DNA of 64,000 bases from Treponema sp. GTDB lineage: Bacteria; Spirochaetota; Spirochaetia; Treponematales; Treponemataceae. Shown here piece after piece: positions 21,263 to 31,050 of the stretch. The DNA lies in assembly GCA_045616425.1 (NCBI GenBank), contig JAZLGS010000025.1, forward strand, positions 6,712 to 70,711. Direction: 5' to 3'. The notes under the pieces were generated by a model. It ran no database searches. It saw only the letters and a program-made list of their open reading frames with translations, and was not told the DNA's origin. Within the stretch, counting starts at the first letter, position 1. Each line of letters starts with the position of its first letter. The position numbers and the translations under genes are program-made.

Positions 21263-21279
21263 CCTATTAAGTCAATAGG
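21263..21279. promoter_or_regulatory. Palindromic candidate operator upstream of the substrate-binding gene
   Basis: CCTATT-AAGTC-AATAGG; contains TTGACT on the minus strand. Confidence 0.45.
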
Positions 21280-21307
21280 AAAACAGGATAATATTTAATA
21301 TTATTTG

Positions 21308-21365
21308 GCTATGTCCGTAAAAAGTGTTGCTAAAACATCCGCACTTTACTAAAAAAGAGGGTCCC
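21308..21365 (+). mobile_element. Isolated MITE left-end fragment
   Basis: GCTATGTCCGTAAAAAGTGTTG, identical to one TIR end of 52885-53116; continues like the 30694 copy. Confidence 0.65.
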
Positions 21366-21486
21366 TCTTTTTTTTATAATATGTCAGTTTAATCCAGCAT
21401 TAATTTTGTTCAATCTTTATTCATAATGACGGTGTTGATTCAATTTATATGCATTCTGCATCGCCTGAATGTCGGTTTTAAAGTCT

Positions 21487-21532
21487 TGTCATCCCGGATT
21501 TTCCCCGTCATCCCGGACTGGATCCGGGATCT
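21487..21532. repeat. GTCA-type REP palindrome (one partial and one full copy)
   Basis: TGTCATCCCGGA then CGTCATCCCGGACTGGATCCGGGATCT (ATCCCGGA/TCCGGGAT stem). Confidence 0.75.
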
Positions 21533-21601
21533 ATAAACAGATGCTGAAAAAGGCTAAGAAGAATTAATGGCAAAATTAATCGCATGGTGGTGGAAACTAC
21601 G

Positions 21602-21675
21602 TAGGGAGCGACGGCAAAGCCGGAAAATTGCGGAAGCAATTTTAGCGAGTCTCCGAGAAGCTGGGCTTCGAAGGC
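21602..21675 (-). repeat. Single family-A hairpin module joined to MITE internal sequence
   Basis: The reverse complement differs from unit 1 at 7433 only in the loop (TTCC vs TTTC) and is followed by the same CCAC...CATGC..TTAATTTTGCCAT junction sequence. Confidence 0.9.
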
Positions 21676-21737
21676 GCATAGAACAAAGAGGGAACCTGCA
21701 GGAATTATTTTTACAGGTATCCCCTTTTTTACCTTCC

Positions 21738-22502
21738 TTACTGTCCGGAAGTTTTTTTATGCCTGCTTTCAAATTCAAAATTGTTCAGGAATTCCTTTGC
21801 CCTGTCAGTCTTTGGATTTGTAAAGAAAGTTTCAGGATCACAGTCTTCAAGGATTTTTCCGGAATCAACAAAAATGATACGGTCTGCAACAGCCCGGGCA
21901 AAACGCATCTGGTGTGTAACAATAAGCATTGTCTTTCCCTGGTCTGCCAGATCCATCATTACGTCAAGGACTTCCCGGACCATTTCAGGATCAAGGGCTG
22001 CCGTGACTTCATCAAAAAGCATGATTTCCGGATGCATGCACAAGGCACGGACAATGGCGACACGCTGTTTCTGACCGCCTGAAAGCTGCCGCGGATATGC
22101 ATATTTCTTGTCCGGAAGTCCTACACGGTCAAGCAATGCCGAAGCTTCTGCTTCCACTTCTGCCCTCTGGCGTTTCTGAGCCTTCATCGGCCCAAGAAGA
22201 ATGTTTTCCATTACGTTCATATGCGGAAAAAGGTCATAGCTCTGGAAAACCATTCCTATTTTCTGGCGTATGATATGCATATCCTTCTTGCGGTTACTGA
22301 TTACTTCGCCATCAAGGAGGATTTCACCTTCTTCGATACTTTCAAGGCCGTTAATGCAGCGGAGCAATGTACTCTTTCCACAGCCTGAAGGCCCCAGGAT
22401 TACAACGACCTGACCTTTTTCAACGGAAAAATCCATGCCGTTGATTATATGGTTATTTTCAAATTTCTTCTTAAGATTCTTTATTTCAAGTAATGCCATC
22501 AT
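21738..22502 (-). CDS. Polar amino-acid ABC transporter ATP-binding protein
   Basis: GPSGCGKS, LSGGQKQR, MLFDEVTAALDPE. Confidence 0.96.
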   Translation of the reverse strand: MMALLEIKNLKKKFENNHIINGMDFSVEKGQVVVILGPSGCGKSTLLRCINGLESIEEGEILLDGEVISNRKKDMHIIRQKIGMVFQSYDLFPHMNVMENILLGPMKAQKRQRAEVEAEASALLDRVGLPDKKYAYPRQLSGGQKQRVAIVRALCMHPEIMLFDEVTAALDPEMVREVLDVMMDLADQGKTMLIVTHQMRFARAVADRIIFVDSGKILEDCDPETFFTNPKTDRAKEFLNNFEFESRHKKTSGQ

Positions 22503-22527
22503 GTCCTCCTGATATTTTAAGCAATCC

Positions 22528-23229
22528 TCATCCGTTTTTCTGATTCTTTTCTATTACTGAAGCGCAGAATGAAAGAAGGTAGCACACTGCAAAATACATA
22601 AAGAAAATCACGGAATATATGGCAATTGATGCCGACGGAACCGTAAGCCGGTTAGCCTCGATAATCTGCTGTCCTACTTTTACGACTTCAATGACGCCGA
22701 CGAAAACCACAAGGGATGTAGTCTTTATCATTCGTGTGATAAGATTCATGGAAAGCGGCAGAAGGCGGCGCAATGTCTGGGGAATTATAATATAGAAAAA
22801 TATCTGCCTGCCGGTAAGGCCTATAGCCATTCCGCTTTCGTACTGATGCTTTGGAACCGATTCAAGGGCACCCCGCACCAGGTCTCCCATTTCGGCAGTC
22901 CCCCACATTGTAAAAACAAGCAGGGCCGCCGCTTCTCCGGAAAGACGGATGCCGAAAGCCCTTGTAAGACCGAAATAGGCAATGAAAAGAAGGACCATCT
23001 GCGGCATTATGCGCATAAACTCAAGGTAAATCCGGCATACTGCTTTTACTGCCTTAGATTTTACCGTCATCACCATTCCAAAAATGATTCCCAGAACTAT
23101 GGAAAACATTACTGAAACAAGGGCAATCCTGATTGTAACCCACAATCCTGCCATAAGGCGTACAAAATTTTTACCCATAAAAAGCACGCCGAATGCCTGT
23201 GCAATCACACTATCTGCCGAACTGAGCAT
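22528..23229 (-). CDS. Polar amino-acid ABC transporter permease
   Basis: AEMGDLVRGALESVPKHQYE (EAA loop). Start placed at ATG 23229 (GGAGG RBS). Confidence 0.93.
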   Translation of the reverse strand: MLSSADSVIAQAFGVLFMGKNFVRLMAGLWVTIRIALVSVMFSIVLGIIFGMVMTVKSKAVKAVCRIYLEFMRIMPQMVLLFIAYFGLTRAFGIRLSGEAAALLVFTMWGTAEMGDLVRGALESVPKHQYESGMAIGLTGRQIFFYIIIPQTLRRLLPLSMNLITRMIKTTSLVVFVGVIEVVKVGQQIIEANRLTVPSASIAIYSVIFFMYFAVCYLLSFCASVIEKNQKNG

Positions 23230-23869
23230 AACGGAGCCTCCTTTCAGCATAACTGCTGGCTAATGTTACAGGAAGAAGAAGCACGAAATAAGCTGCCACC
23301 AGCATTATAAGGGCTTCATCAGTCTTGTAATAAAGTCCGATAAGGTCCTTTGCAACATACATAAGGTCTGCCAGGGCAACGGCACTGAACACGGAAGTTT
23401 CCTTTATGAGGAACATTATGTTTGCACAAAATCCCGGTACTGAAACGCTCACTGCCTGCGGAAGGATTACATACCGCATTATCTGGGGCTTTGTAAGTCC
23501 TATGCACTGTCCCGATTCAATCTGTACTTTTGAAACAGTCTCAAGGGCACTGCGGAAAGTCTCTTCCATGTAGCTTCCGCCAAGGAAAGTCAGCCCGATT
23601 ATACAGCACTGCAGTGAAGAAAGTATGACGCCTGCTTTCGGCAGGGCATGATAAAGGAAAAAAAGCTGTATAAGCAGAGGCGTATTACGGGAAAGTTCTA
23701 CATAAACGCAGGCTATTTCCCGCAATACAGGTATCCTCTCATATCTTACCACAGCACACACAAGACCCACGAGAATGGAAAGCAGAATGCCGGCCATCGC
23801 AATTTTCAGCGTAAGGACGGCAGCTTCCTGATACATGGGTATGAATTTCTGAATGAATGCAAAGTCCAC
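23210..23869 (-). CDS. Polar amino-acid ABC transporter permease
   Basis: RNTPLLIQLFF, EAA loop (QIESGQCIGL), LIKETS; GTG start; TTGACA-17-TACCTT upstream. Confidence 0.93.
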   Translation of the reverse strand: MDFAFIQKFIPMYQEAAVLTLKIAMAGILLSILVGLVCAVVRYERIPVLREIACVYVELSRNTPLLIQLFFLYHALPKAGVILSSLQCCIIGLTFLGGSYMEETFRSALETVSKVQIESGQCIGLTKPQIMRYVILPQAVSVSVPGFCANIMFLIKETSVFSAVALADLMYVAKDLIGLYYKTDEALIMLVAAYFVLLLPVTLASSYAERRLRYAQFGR

Positions 23870-23952
23870 GGAGATCCAGCCTGTAAAGATTTTTCTATTA
23901 AGGTAGATTTTATAAAAGCATTTGTCAATGCACCCCGTGTTCCAGGCATTTC

Positions 23953-25323
23953 CTAAAACGGCAGCCTGCTCCTTTCGTCAGGTCCTGTAATGACAAAATA
24001 ACGGCTGTTTCCGTCAAGCCAGTACTTTCTGAATACACGGAGCACATCATCTGCGCTGACCTGGGCCGCCTGAACAGCAAGGGCATCAGAAGCATGAATA
24101 TCCCCGAACTGCAGCAGGCTGGATGCATATTTAGAAGCAATTCCAGATGCCGTCTGGACATTCTGGTATTTCTGGTTTATGTAACTGTTCCTGAACCCTT
24201 CAATGCGGTCTTCTATTGAATCATATTCATACACACCGTCTTTATATGACGAAACCAGTTTTCCCTGTGCCATTATGTCTTCTGCTTCTTTTACATATTC
24301 AGGAAAATGTGTAAATTCAGAAAGTCTTGAAAGTGCCGTAAAACCATAAGGAGCCGGCTTACTTGAAATTACAGACTGGGGCGTATAACAGGCCGCATAT
24401 TTTGCACGTACCACATTAAAAAGGATTTGTGAAAACATATCTTCTGCAATGCGGGAAGGTACATAATCAGGACTGTCCACAGGTGCAGAAGCAAAGACCT
24501 TGTAAGCATGTCCCGTACCGGCAGAAGATTTATGAGTCATTACAAATGGTTTACCTTCAATTTTAAGCTGTGGAATTTCCGGCTCCACAAAGACTTCTTC
24601 CTTCGGCGGGATTTTTCCCAGGGAAGATTCAAGGGTCTTTAAAAGCTTCTTTGCATTCATCTTTCCAACGGCAACCACGCTGATCCTTTTTGCATCAAGG
24701 ATTTTACCATGCAGTTCCTTCATGTTCTCAACCGTAATGTTTCCGATTGAAGCCGGAGTTACCGAAGATGAAGTTTCAAGAGGATGTCCTTTGTAAACAG
24801 CCCTGTTCATTTCATATGCAAGAAGGCTTTCCGGCGTATTCTGCATTGCCTGGATTGACTGGCTGTATCCCTTCATAAGGAGCTGGTATTCCTTTTCGCT
24901 GAATGAAGGATTAAGGAATCCGTCCAGCATCACAGGAAGCATGTCATTAAGGTAATGGTCAAGGCAGCTGACTCCGAATACGGAACCGCAGTAAATTGAA
25001 TAACTTACGGCAGAAGACCTGGTCTTATATTCAAGCTGCTGTATTTCTTCCCGGGAATATTCTGCAGTTTCCTGCTTCATCATGCTGAAAAGGGCAGATT
25101 CCAGACCTGATTTTTCAGGAGGAAGAAGGAGGCTTCCGCCTTTTACAACTATAAAGACAGCATCCACATTATTCTGGGGCATTGAAGATACATACACTGG
25201 AATTCCGTTTGAAAGTGCATAAACCTTAAGTTTTCCGTCCGATGTCTTTGCGGCACACACATTCTGGAAAACAGCCAGCAGTAAAAAAACTAAAAATCCG
25301 TTCAATATTTTCTTATTCATCAT
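23953..25323 (-). CDS. M16B peptidase-like protein, non-catalytic subunit
   Basis: M16-like sequence with signal peptide; GLESALFSM in place of HxxEH; VRAKYAACY R/Y motif; ATGA overlap with the upstream gene. Confidence 0.85.
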   Translation of the reverse strand: MMNKKILNGFLVFLLLAVFQNVCAAKTSDGKLKVYALSNGIPVYVSSMPQNNVDAVFIVVKGGSLLLPPEKSGLESALFSMMKQETAEYSREEIQQLEYKTRSSAVSYSIYCGSVFGVSCLDHYLNDMLPVMLDGFLNPSFSEKEYQLLMKGYSQSIQAMQNTPESLLAYEMNRAVYKGHPLETSSSVTPASIGNITVENMKELHGKILDAKRISVVAVGKMNAKKLLKTLESSLGKIPPKEEVFVEPEIPQLKIEGKPFVMTHKSSAGTGHAYKVFASAPVDSPDYVPSRIAEDMFSQILFNVVRAKYAACYTPQSVISSKPAPYGFTALSRLSEFTHFPEYVKEAEDIMAQGKLVSSYKDGVYEYDSIEDRIEGFRNSYINQKYQNVQTASGIASKYASSLLQFGDIHASDALAVQAAQVSADDVLRVFRKYWLDGNSRYFVITGPDERSRLPF

Positions 25324-26780
25324 CTGCTCCACCAAAATGCATTTTCTTCTTTTACTTCAGTAAAGCCGGCTTTTGTAAATTCTTCTTTCTGTGCCTCATA
25401 TAAAGCAGGATTTATAAGGACCATGACAACCGGATTTTTTCCTGCCACATATTTTTTCAGGAAATCCTTTATGTCCTTTGTCTTTACCTTACCAAGCTTC
25501 TTTGGATAAGAAAGATAATAGTCAACACCGGCATCAGTCCACCAGAAACGCAATGAAGAAAGTATTCCGTTTGCAGTTTCAGTTTCCAGCATGCGGCTGT
25601 CCTTCTGGTGCTGGAGGATTACAGCCAGATCCTTCTTCGGGATTATTTCACGGGCAGAAAGGAACGTATCCTCCACCACATTTTTCTGTATGAAAGAAAG
25701 GAATTCCTTTGCCCTTCCTGCCATATCTTCCTCAGGAGAAAGCATTACTGCCCCGAATTCCACTACACCTATACGGCGGTGGGTTCCGTAATTTTCCCAG
25801 AGATAATCTTCTGCAGGAATTTTAAACACCGGATTATTCACAGCCATCTGTTTATACGATGATGAAGGATTGTCAAGGTAGAACCCCAGAAGGTCCGCTG
25901 CATAAGTTGAATCAATATCCACATCCGAATCCGGACCACGGAACCTTACGGAAACCTGGGCATAATCACCGGAAAGCTTTTCGTAAGGCATTACGCATAA
26001 CCGCGGTTCATCAAATGGAGCAGGATTCTGGAATACCGAATCAGCATCATAGGAACCGCTGCCCTTTTTCCAGCTTCCGTAGATTGAATTGACAAGCCGG
26101 AACACTTCTCCAGGATTTACATCGCCGCCGACAAAAAGGGCCGCATTATCCGGCACATAGTAACGGGCCTGCATTTCCCTTAATTCATCCACAGTAGCAC
26201 TCATTACGGACTCTTCAGAACCTGAAGGATCAAGCTGCCATGGTGCATCAGGAAACAGTGTCTTTGAAAAATATGACGTAAGTATGCGGCCCGGATTTTT
26301 TACGGTTCCGTTGATTTCTGAAACCACGACTTTCTTTTCGGTTTCAAATTCAGCTTCATCCATAAGCGGTTCACGGATTGCAGCATTCCAGAATTCAAGG
26401 CCGTCCTTTAATTTTGCAGATGGAATCGTAAAGAAATAATTCACACACTGGACACCAGTAGTACCGTTCCACGAAGCAACACCAAGGTCAGAAAGGGCCT
26501 TCTGCACGGCAGCCTCATCTTTATAAAGACTGTTTCCCTTGAACATCATGTGTTCATAAAGATGGAAAATACCCGCACTTTTTTCGCTCTGGGTGACAGC
26601 CCCTGCCCTTACTGCTATTTCAATGTAAACAAGGGGAACCGTATGTTTTTCGGCAACGAAAAGTGTAAGGCCGTTATCAAGCCTGTAGCAGGTGACTCCC
26701 GGCGCAATCTTCTGACCGGCATGAACCGGGGCAAGGAAAAACAAGGCCAGCAAAGTGACCAGCAAGCGTTTTACTTTCAT
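25320..26780 (-). CDS. M16B zinc peptidase, catalytic subunit
   Basis: Signal peptide; GIFHLYEHMMFKG inverted zincin motif; downstream EKKVVVSEI. Confidence 0.92.
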   Translation of the reverse strand: MKVKRLLVTLLALFFLAPVHAGQKIAPGVTCYRLDNGLTLFVAEKHTVPLVYIEIAVRAGAVTQSEKSAGIFHLYEHMMFKGNSLYKDEAAVQKALSDLGVASWNGTTGVQCVNYFFTIPSAKLKDGLEFWNAAIREPLMDEAEFETEKKVVVSEINGTVKNPGRILTSYFSKTLFPDAPWQLDPSGSEESVMSATVDELREMQARYYVPDNAALFVGGDVNPGEVFRLVNSIYGSWKKGSGSYDADSVFQNPAPFDEPRLCVMPYEKLSGDYAQVSVRFRGPDSDVDIDSTYAADLLGFYLDNPSSSYKQMAVNNPVFKIPAEDYLWENYGTHRRIGVVEFGAVMLSPEEDMAGRAKEFLSFIQKNVVEDTFLSAREIIPKKDLAVILQHQKDSRMLETETANGILSSLRFWWTDAGVDYYLSYPKKLGKVKTKDIKDFLKKYVAGKNPVVMVLINPALYEAQKEEFTKAGFTEVKEENAFWWSR

Positions 26781-26843
26781 ATTCCTCCAAATTAAGGGAA
26801 CCTCTGGAAATCCGGTTTTCAGAAGTTTCCCGGTTATTCGTTT

Positions 26844-27716
26844 CTAGTTTGTTCTTTTATTGTAAACAAAAACAAGGACAGCCATCATTATGATTACTGA
26901 ATATCCCGTAAAACTCAGTAAATCCGGAATCTGGCCAAAAAGGACATATCCCAGCAGGGCAGAAAAAATAATCTGTGAATAATCATAGATGGAAATATCT
27001 CTGGCAGGAGCATTGTAATATGCATACGTAATGCCGAACTGTCCTCCGGCTGCAGCTGCACCGGCACCGCACAAAAGCAGGACCTGCCTCAATGTCATTG
27101 GGGAAAAATCAAATATAAAGAAAGGAATGGAAACCAGCGTCGAAAATGCTGAAAAGAAAACCACAATCAGGGATCCGGTCATTTTCATGGAACCAAGCTT
27201 ACGGACACAGGCATACGCAATTCCTGCCCCCATTCCCCCAAGGAATCCCACCAGTGCCGGCAGTGACTCCAGTATATGGATGCCGGGTTTTATGACGCAC
27301 ATGGCACCGCCAAAAGCAACCATTACAGCGATAAAGGGAACCGGCGCAATTTTTTCACCAAGGATAAGGTAACTGAATATGACGGCAAAAAACGGTGACA
27401 TTTTATTCAATATGGCAGCATCCGCAATATTGATCCTGTCAATGGCATAAAAATTCCCGAATATGCCGAAGGAGCCTGCAGCAGACCTTATGAAAAGGTA
27501 TTTCAAAGCCCCGGCAGGTATGTTGATGCTTCCACGTTCTTTAAAAAGGATGCAGGAAGCAATGACCAATGCAACAATATTCCTGAAAAAGCCCTTCTGC
27601 ATGAACGGCACATCCCCTGAAAGGCGCACAAAGACACCCATCAGGGCAAAACAGAATGCCGAAAACACTATGCAGAAAATGCCTTTTACAAGATTGACAT
27701 TCTTTACAGAACTCAA
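26844..27716 (-). CDS. DMT/EamA family transporter
   Basis: About 10 TM segments in two EamA repeats; 4-bp overlap with lysA. Confidence 0.92.
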   Translation of the reverse strand: MSSVKNVNLVKGIFCIVFSAFCFALMGVFVRLSGDVPFMQKGFFRNIVALVIASCILFKERGSINIPAGALKYLFIRSAAGSFGIFGNFYAIDRINIADAAILNKMSPFFAVIFSYLILGEKIAPVPFIAVMVAFGGAMCVIKPGIHILESLPALVGFLGGMGAGIAYACVRKLGSMKMTGSLIVVFFSAFSTLVSIPFFIFDFSPMTLRQVLLLCGAGAAAAGGQFGITYAYYNAPARDISIYDYSQIIFSALLGYVLFGQIPDLLSFTGYSVIIMMAVLVFVYNKRTN

Positions 27717-28981
27717 TTAAATTCCTTTACTCCATCAAGATCCAAGGTTGCAAAAAGGTCGTCGATTGTTTCGCGGCGGCGGATTTCCTTGAATGTTCCA
27801 TCAGGACGCATGAGGATTTCACCACAGCGGAGCTTGCCGTTATAGTTGAATCCCATTGCACGTCCGTGGGCACCGGCATCGTGGATGATTACATAATCGC
27901 CCATGTCGATTTTTGGAAGCGGACGCTGGACGGCAAATTTGTCGCAGTTTTCACAGAGTGAACCTACAACATCGTAAACTTCAGTCTTTGGTGCATCTTC
28001 TTTGCCGCTTACTGTAACTTCATGGTATGAACCATACATGCCAGGCCTCATAAGGTCAGCCATGCATGAGTCAACGGCAATGTATTCGCGGTAAATGTGC
28101 TTCTGGTGGATTGCAGTTGTAACAAGCCATCCATACGGACCTGTAATAGGACGGCCGCATTCCCAGTAAATTTCAAGAGGATCAAGTCCGGCAGGAACTA
28201 CAACCCTGTCATATTCGGCACGGATGCCCTTTGCAACTTCATCGTAGTCAACTGCCTTCTGTTCAGGCTTATAAGGAATGCCGAGACCACCGCCAAGGTC
28301 AACGAATTCAATGCGTACACCGCACTTTTCCTTGATTTCTGCACAAAGTTCAAAAAGGAGTTTTGCAGTATCAACAAAGAATGCGGGGTTCAGTTCATTG
28401 GAAGCAACCATCGTATGGAGTCCGAAATGCTTTACGCCTTCTTTCTTGCAGATTGAATATGCTTCAAGAATCTGGGCGCGGGTGAGTCCGTACTTTGCTT
28501 CTTCCGGCTTTCCGATGATGGAATTGCAGCCTGTCTTTTCCGTTCCAGGATTATAACGGAAGCAGATTGTTTCAGGAAGTTTACCGCCCAGGGCATTCTT
28601 AAGGAAGTCAATATGGGTAATGTCGTCAAGGTTGATGATGTTTCCATGTTCATATGCGTATACATATTCAGAAGCAGGAGTTTCATTTGAAGTAAAAATC
28701 ACATGATTCCCCTTGATTCCGGAAAGTTCAGAAAGCATGAGTTCCGGAAGGCTTGAACAGTCAGCACCACAGCCCTCATCTTTAAGAACTTTAAGAAGGT
28801 AAGGATTAGGACATGCCTTTACGGCAAAATGTTCCCTGAAAACAGGAAAAATGCTGAACGCTTTTGTAAAGCGCTGCATGTTTTCACGGATTGCCTTTTC
28901 GTCATAAATATAAAATGGCGTAGGAAACTTCTTGATCAGCTCAGAAAGCTGAGCATGTGTCAGTGGAAAATTAGAACTCAT
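27713..28981 (-). CDS. lysA: Diaminopimelate decarboxylase
   Basis: FAVKACPN PLP lysine, DLGGG, ECGR, GSLCENCD, GAHG...MGFNYN. Start placed at ATG 28981 (AGGAG RBS). Confidence 0.95.
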   Translation of the reverse strand: MSSNFPLTHAQLSELIKKFPTPFYIYDEKAIRENMQRFTKAFSIFPVFREHFAVKACPNPYLLKVLKDEGCGADCSSLPELMLSELSGIKGNHVIFTSNETPASEYVYAYEHGNIINLDDITHIDFLKNALGGKLPETICFRYNPGTEKTGCNSIIGKPEEAKYGLTRAQILEAYSICKKEGVKHFGLHTMVASNELNPAFFVDTAKLLFELCAEIKEKCGVRIEFVDLGGGLGIPYKPEQKAVDYDEVAKGIRAEYDRVVVPAGLDPLEIYWECGRPITGPYGWLVTTAIHQKHIYREYIAVDSCMADLMRPGMYGSYHEVTVSGKEDAPKTEVYDVVGSLCENCDKFAVQRPLPKIDMGDYVIIHDAGAHGRAMGFNYNGKLRCGEILMRPDGTFKEIRRRETIDDLFATLDLDGVKEFN

Positions 28982-29180
28982 ATTAACTCCTGTAAAATCA
29001 GTTTTCAAGAATCAGTTTACCACAAAGGGGCATTCATATTCAAATAATTTTTGAAAAGCACCTGATTTCCTTCTATAAATAAATCATGCATTATGCTATA
29101 TTTCCGTTGCAAACTTAAACATCAACTGCACATTCCCGTTACATTACGGATGTGCATAAAAAGTCAACACGGGAGGAAAT

Positions 29181-30605
29181 ATGAATTTCCCTAAGGATTT
29201 TGTATGGGGTGCTGCCACAGCCAGCTATCAGATAGAAGGAGCCGCAGAAGAAGACGGAAGGCAGCCGTCAGTGTGGGATGCATTCAGTCATGAAAAAGGT
29301 AAGACAAGGGACGGTTACACCGGCGACATTGCATGTGACCATTACCATCACCAGAAAGAGGACATACAGCTTCTTGCCGACCTTGGAATAAAGAATTACC
29401 GTTTTTCCGTTGCATGGCCAAGGATATTGAACTATCAGAGCGCATATGGTCCGGAAGCAGTAAAAGGAACCGTAAACCAGAAGGGGCTTGATTTCTACGA
29501 CCGGCTCATTGACGGACTCCTTGAAAAAGGAATCACACCATGGATGACGCTCTTCCACTGGGATCTTCCTATGGAACTGGAACACAGGGGCGGATGGCGC
29601 AACCGTGAAATAATGTACTGGGCAGCAGATTATACCGAACTCATAGCTAAGAAATACGGCGACAGGGTTAAGAATTTCTTTACCATCAACGAAATGCCTT
29701 GCGTGCTCGGCGGATATGACAGCTGGATGGCTCCCGGACTTAAAGTTTCACAAAAGGAACTCCTTAATGTAACCCACAACCTGCTCCTTACCCAGGGTAC
29801 AATGGCAAAAGTACTCCGTCAGAATACTCCTTCGGGTTCACGGATTGGCTTTGCCCACTGTGGTGCAGCACCATTTCCGGCAAGTGACTCACAGGAAGAT
29901 ATTGAGGCATTCAGGAAAGCCGTCACAGTATACGAAGCCCATCCTGAATATTATGCACCAAGGAAAGGTTCCGGCCGTTATATGGGGGACAGCCTTACAT
30001 ACTGGTGTGACCCGGTTTATCTGGGACACTATCCTGAAGGTGCACATGAAACATTCGGAAAAGACATGCCGCAGATTCTTGACGGCGATATGAAGATTAT
30101 TTCAGAACCTCTGGATTTCCATGCACAGAACATTTACCAGGGGCCTGCCATCTGTGCTCCGACAGCTGAAGAAGACAAGTCCCAGGGATTCAGCATACAG
30201 CGCTTTGCACAGGGCTACCCGATTACAGCTGCAAAATGGCCTATCACACCACGCTCAATGAATTACTTTACACGCTTCATAAATGAACGCTACAAGAAGC
30301 CTGTATACATCAGCGAAAACGGACTTTCCGGGGCAGATGTAATCTCATTGGACGGAAAATGCCATGACCCTCAGCGCATTGACTTTACCCACCGCTACTT
30401 AAAGGAACTGGGAAAGGCGATAGAAGCCGGAGCCGACATCCGGGGCTACTTCCACTGGTCATTGATGGACAATTTTGAATGGGCAAGAGGCTACGAAGAA
30501 AGGTTCGGCATGGTTTATGTAGATTACGAAACCCAGGTACGTACGCCGAAAGACAGCGCATACTGGTACAAGAATGTAATTGAAACAAACGGCGCCGGAA
30601 TTTAG
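29181..30605 (+). CDS. GH1 beta-glucosidase
   Basis: FVWGAATASYQIEGA, TINEM acid/base, ISENG nucleophile, DNFEW. Confidence 0.95.
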   Translation: MNFPKDFVWGAATASYQIEGAAEEDGRQPSVWDAFSHEKGKTRDGYTGDIACDHYHHQKEDIQLLADLGIKNYRFSVAWPRILNYQSAYGPEAVKGTVNQKGLDFYDRLIDGLLEKGITPWMTLFHWDLPMELEHRGGWRNREIMYWAADYTELIAKKYGDRVKNFFTINEMPCVLGGYDSWMAPGLKVSQKELLNVTHNLLLTQGTMAKVLRQNTPSGSRIGFAHCGAAPFPASDSQEDIEAFRKAVTVYEAHPEYYAPRKGSGRYMGDSLTYWCDPVYLGHYPEGAHETFGKDMPQILDGDMKIISEPLDFHAQNIYQGPAICAPTAEEDKSQGFSIQRFAQGYPITAAKWPITPRSMNYFTRFINERYKKPVYISENGLSGADVISLDGKCHDPQRIDFTHRYLKELGKAIEAGADIRGYFHWSLMDNFEWARGYEERFGMVYVDYETQVRTPKDSAYWYKNVIETNGAGI

Positions 30606-30693
30606 AGACACAAGGGCATCTCAAAAAACATTTTTCCAGATGCCCCGTTTTAAGTGACCTGAGCCTGCAGGCCCTGAAAACACATCACACAAG

Positions 30694-30745
30694 GCAATAT
30701 CCGTAAAAAGTGTTGCTGAAAATCTGCATTTTACTAAGAAAAAAG
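30694..30745 (+). mobile_element. MITE left-end fragment
   Basis: GCAATATCCGTAAAAAGTGTTGCTGAAAATCTGCATT matches the TIR and left end of the 52885-53116 family. Confidence 0.6.
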
Positions 30746-30833
30746 CGGGTCCCAGCGACGGAAAGAAGATCAGGTTCCTGTACTGGAAAACAGGAACCAT
30801 GTATCCCCAATGGTTCCCCCTTAGGCAACTACA

Positions 30834-30987
30834 CCTTCGAAGCACAGCTTCTCGGAGACTCGCTCAAAACTCACCTCGTGAGTTTTGCCGGCGTTGCCGT
30901 CGCTCCTGGGGCCTTCGAAGCACAGCTTCTCGGAGACTCGCTCAAAACTCACCTCGTGAGTTTTGCCGGCGTTGCCGTCGCTCCCTA
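30834..30987 (+). repeat. Tandem 2 x 78-bp family-A module, variant stem
   Basis: CCTTCGAAGCACAGCTTCTCGGAGACTCGCT-CAAAACTCAC CTC GTGAGTTTTG-CCGGCGTTGCCGTCGCTCC twice, starting at 30834 and 30912. Confidence 0.9.
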
Positions 30988-31050
30988 TCTGCGCCAACTC
31001 CTGGAAGCTTTTTTCATGCCCGGCGCCTGATTAATCCAGGCCTGGAGGAT

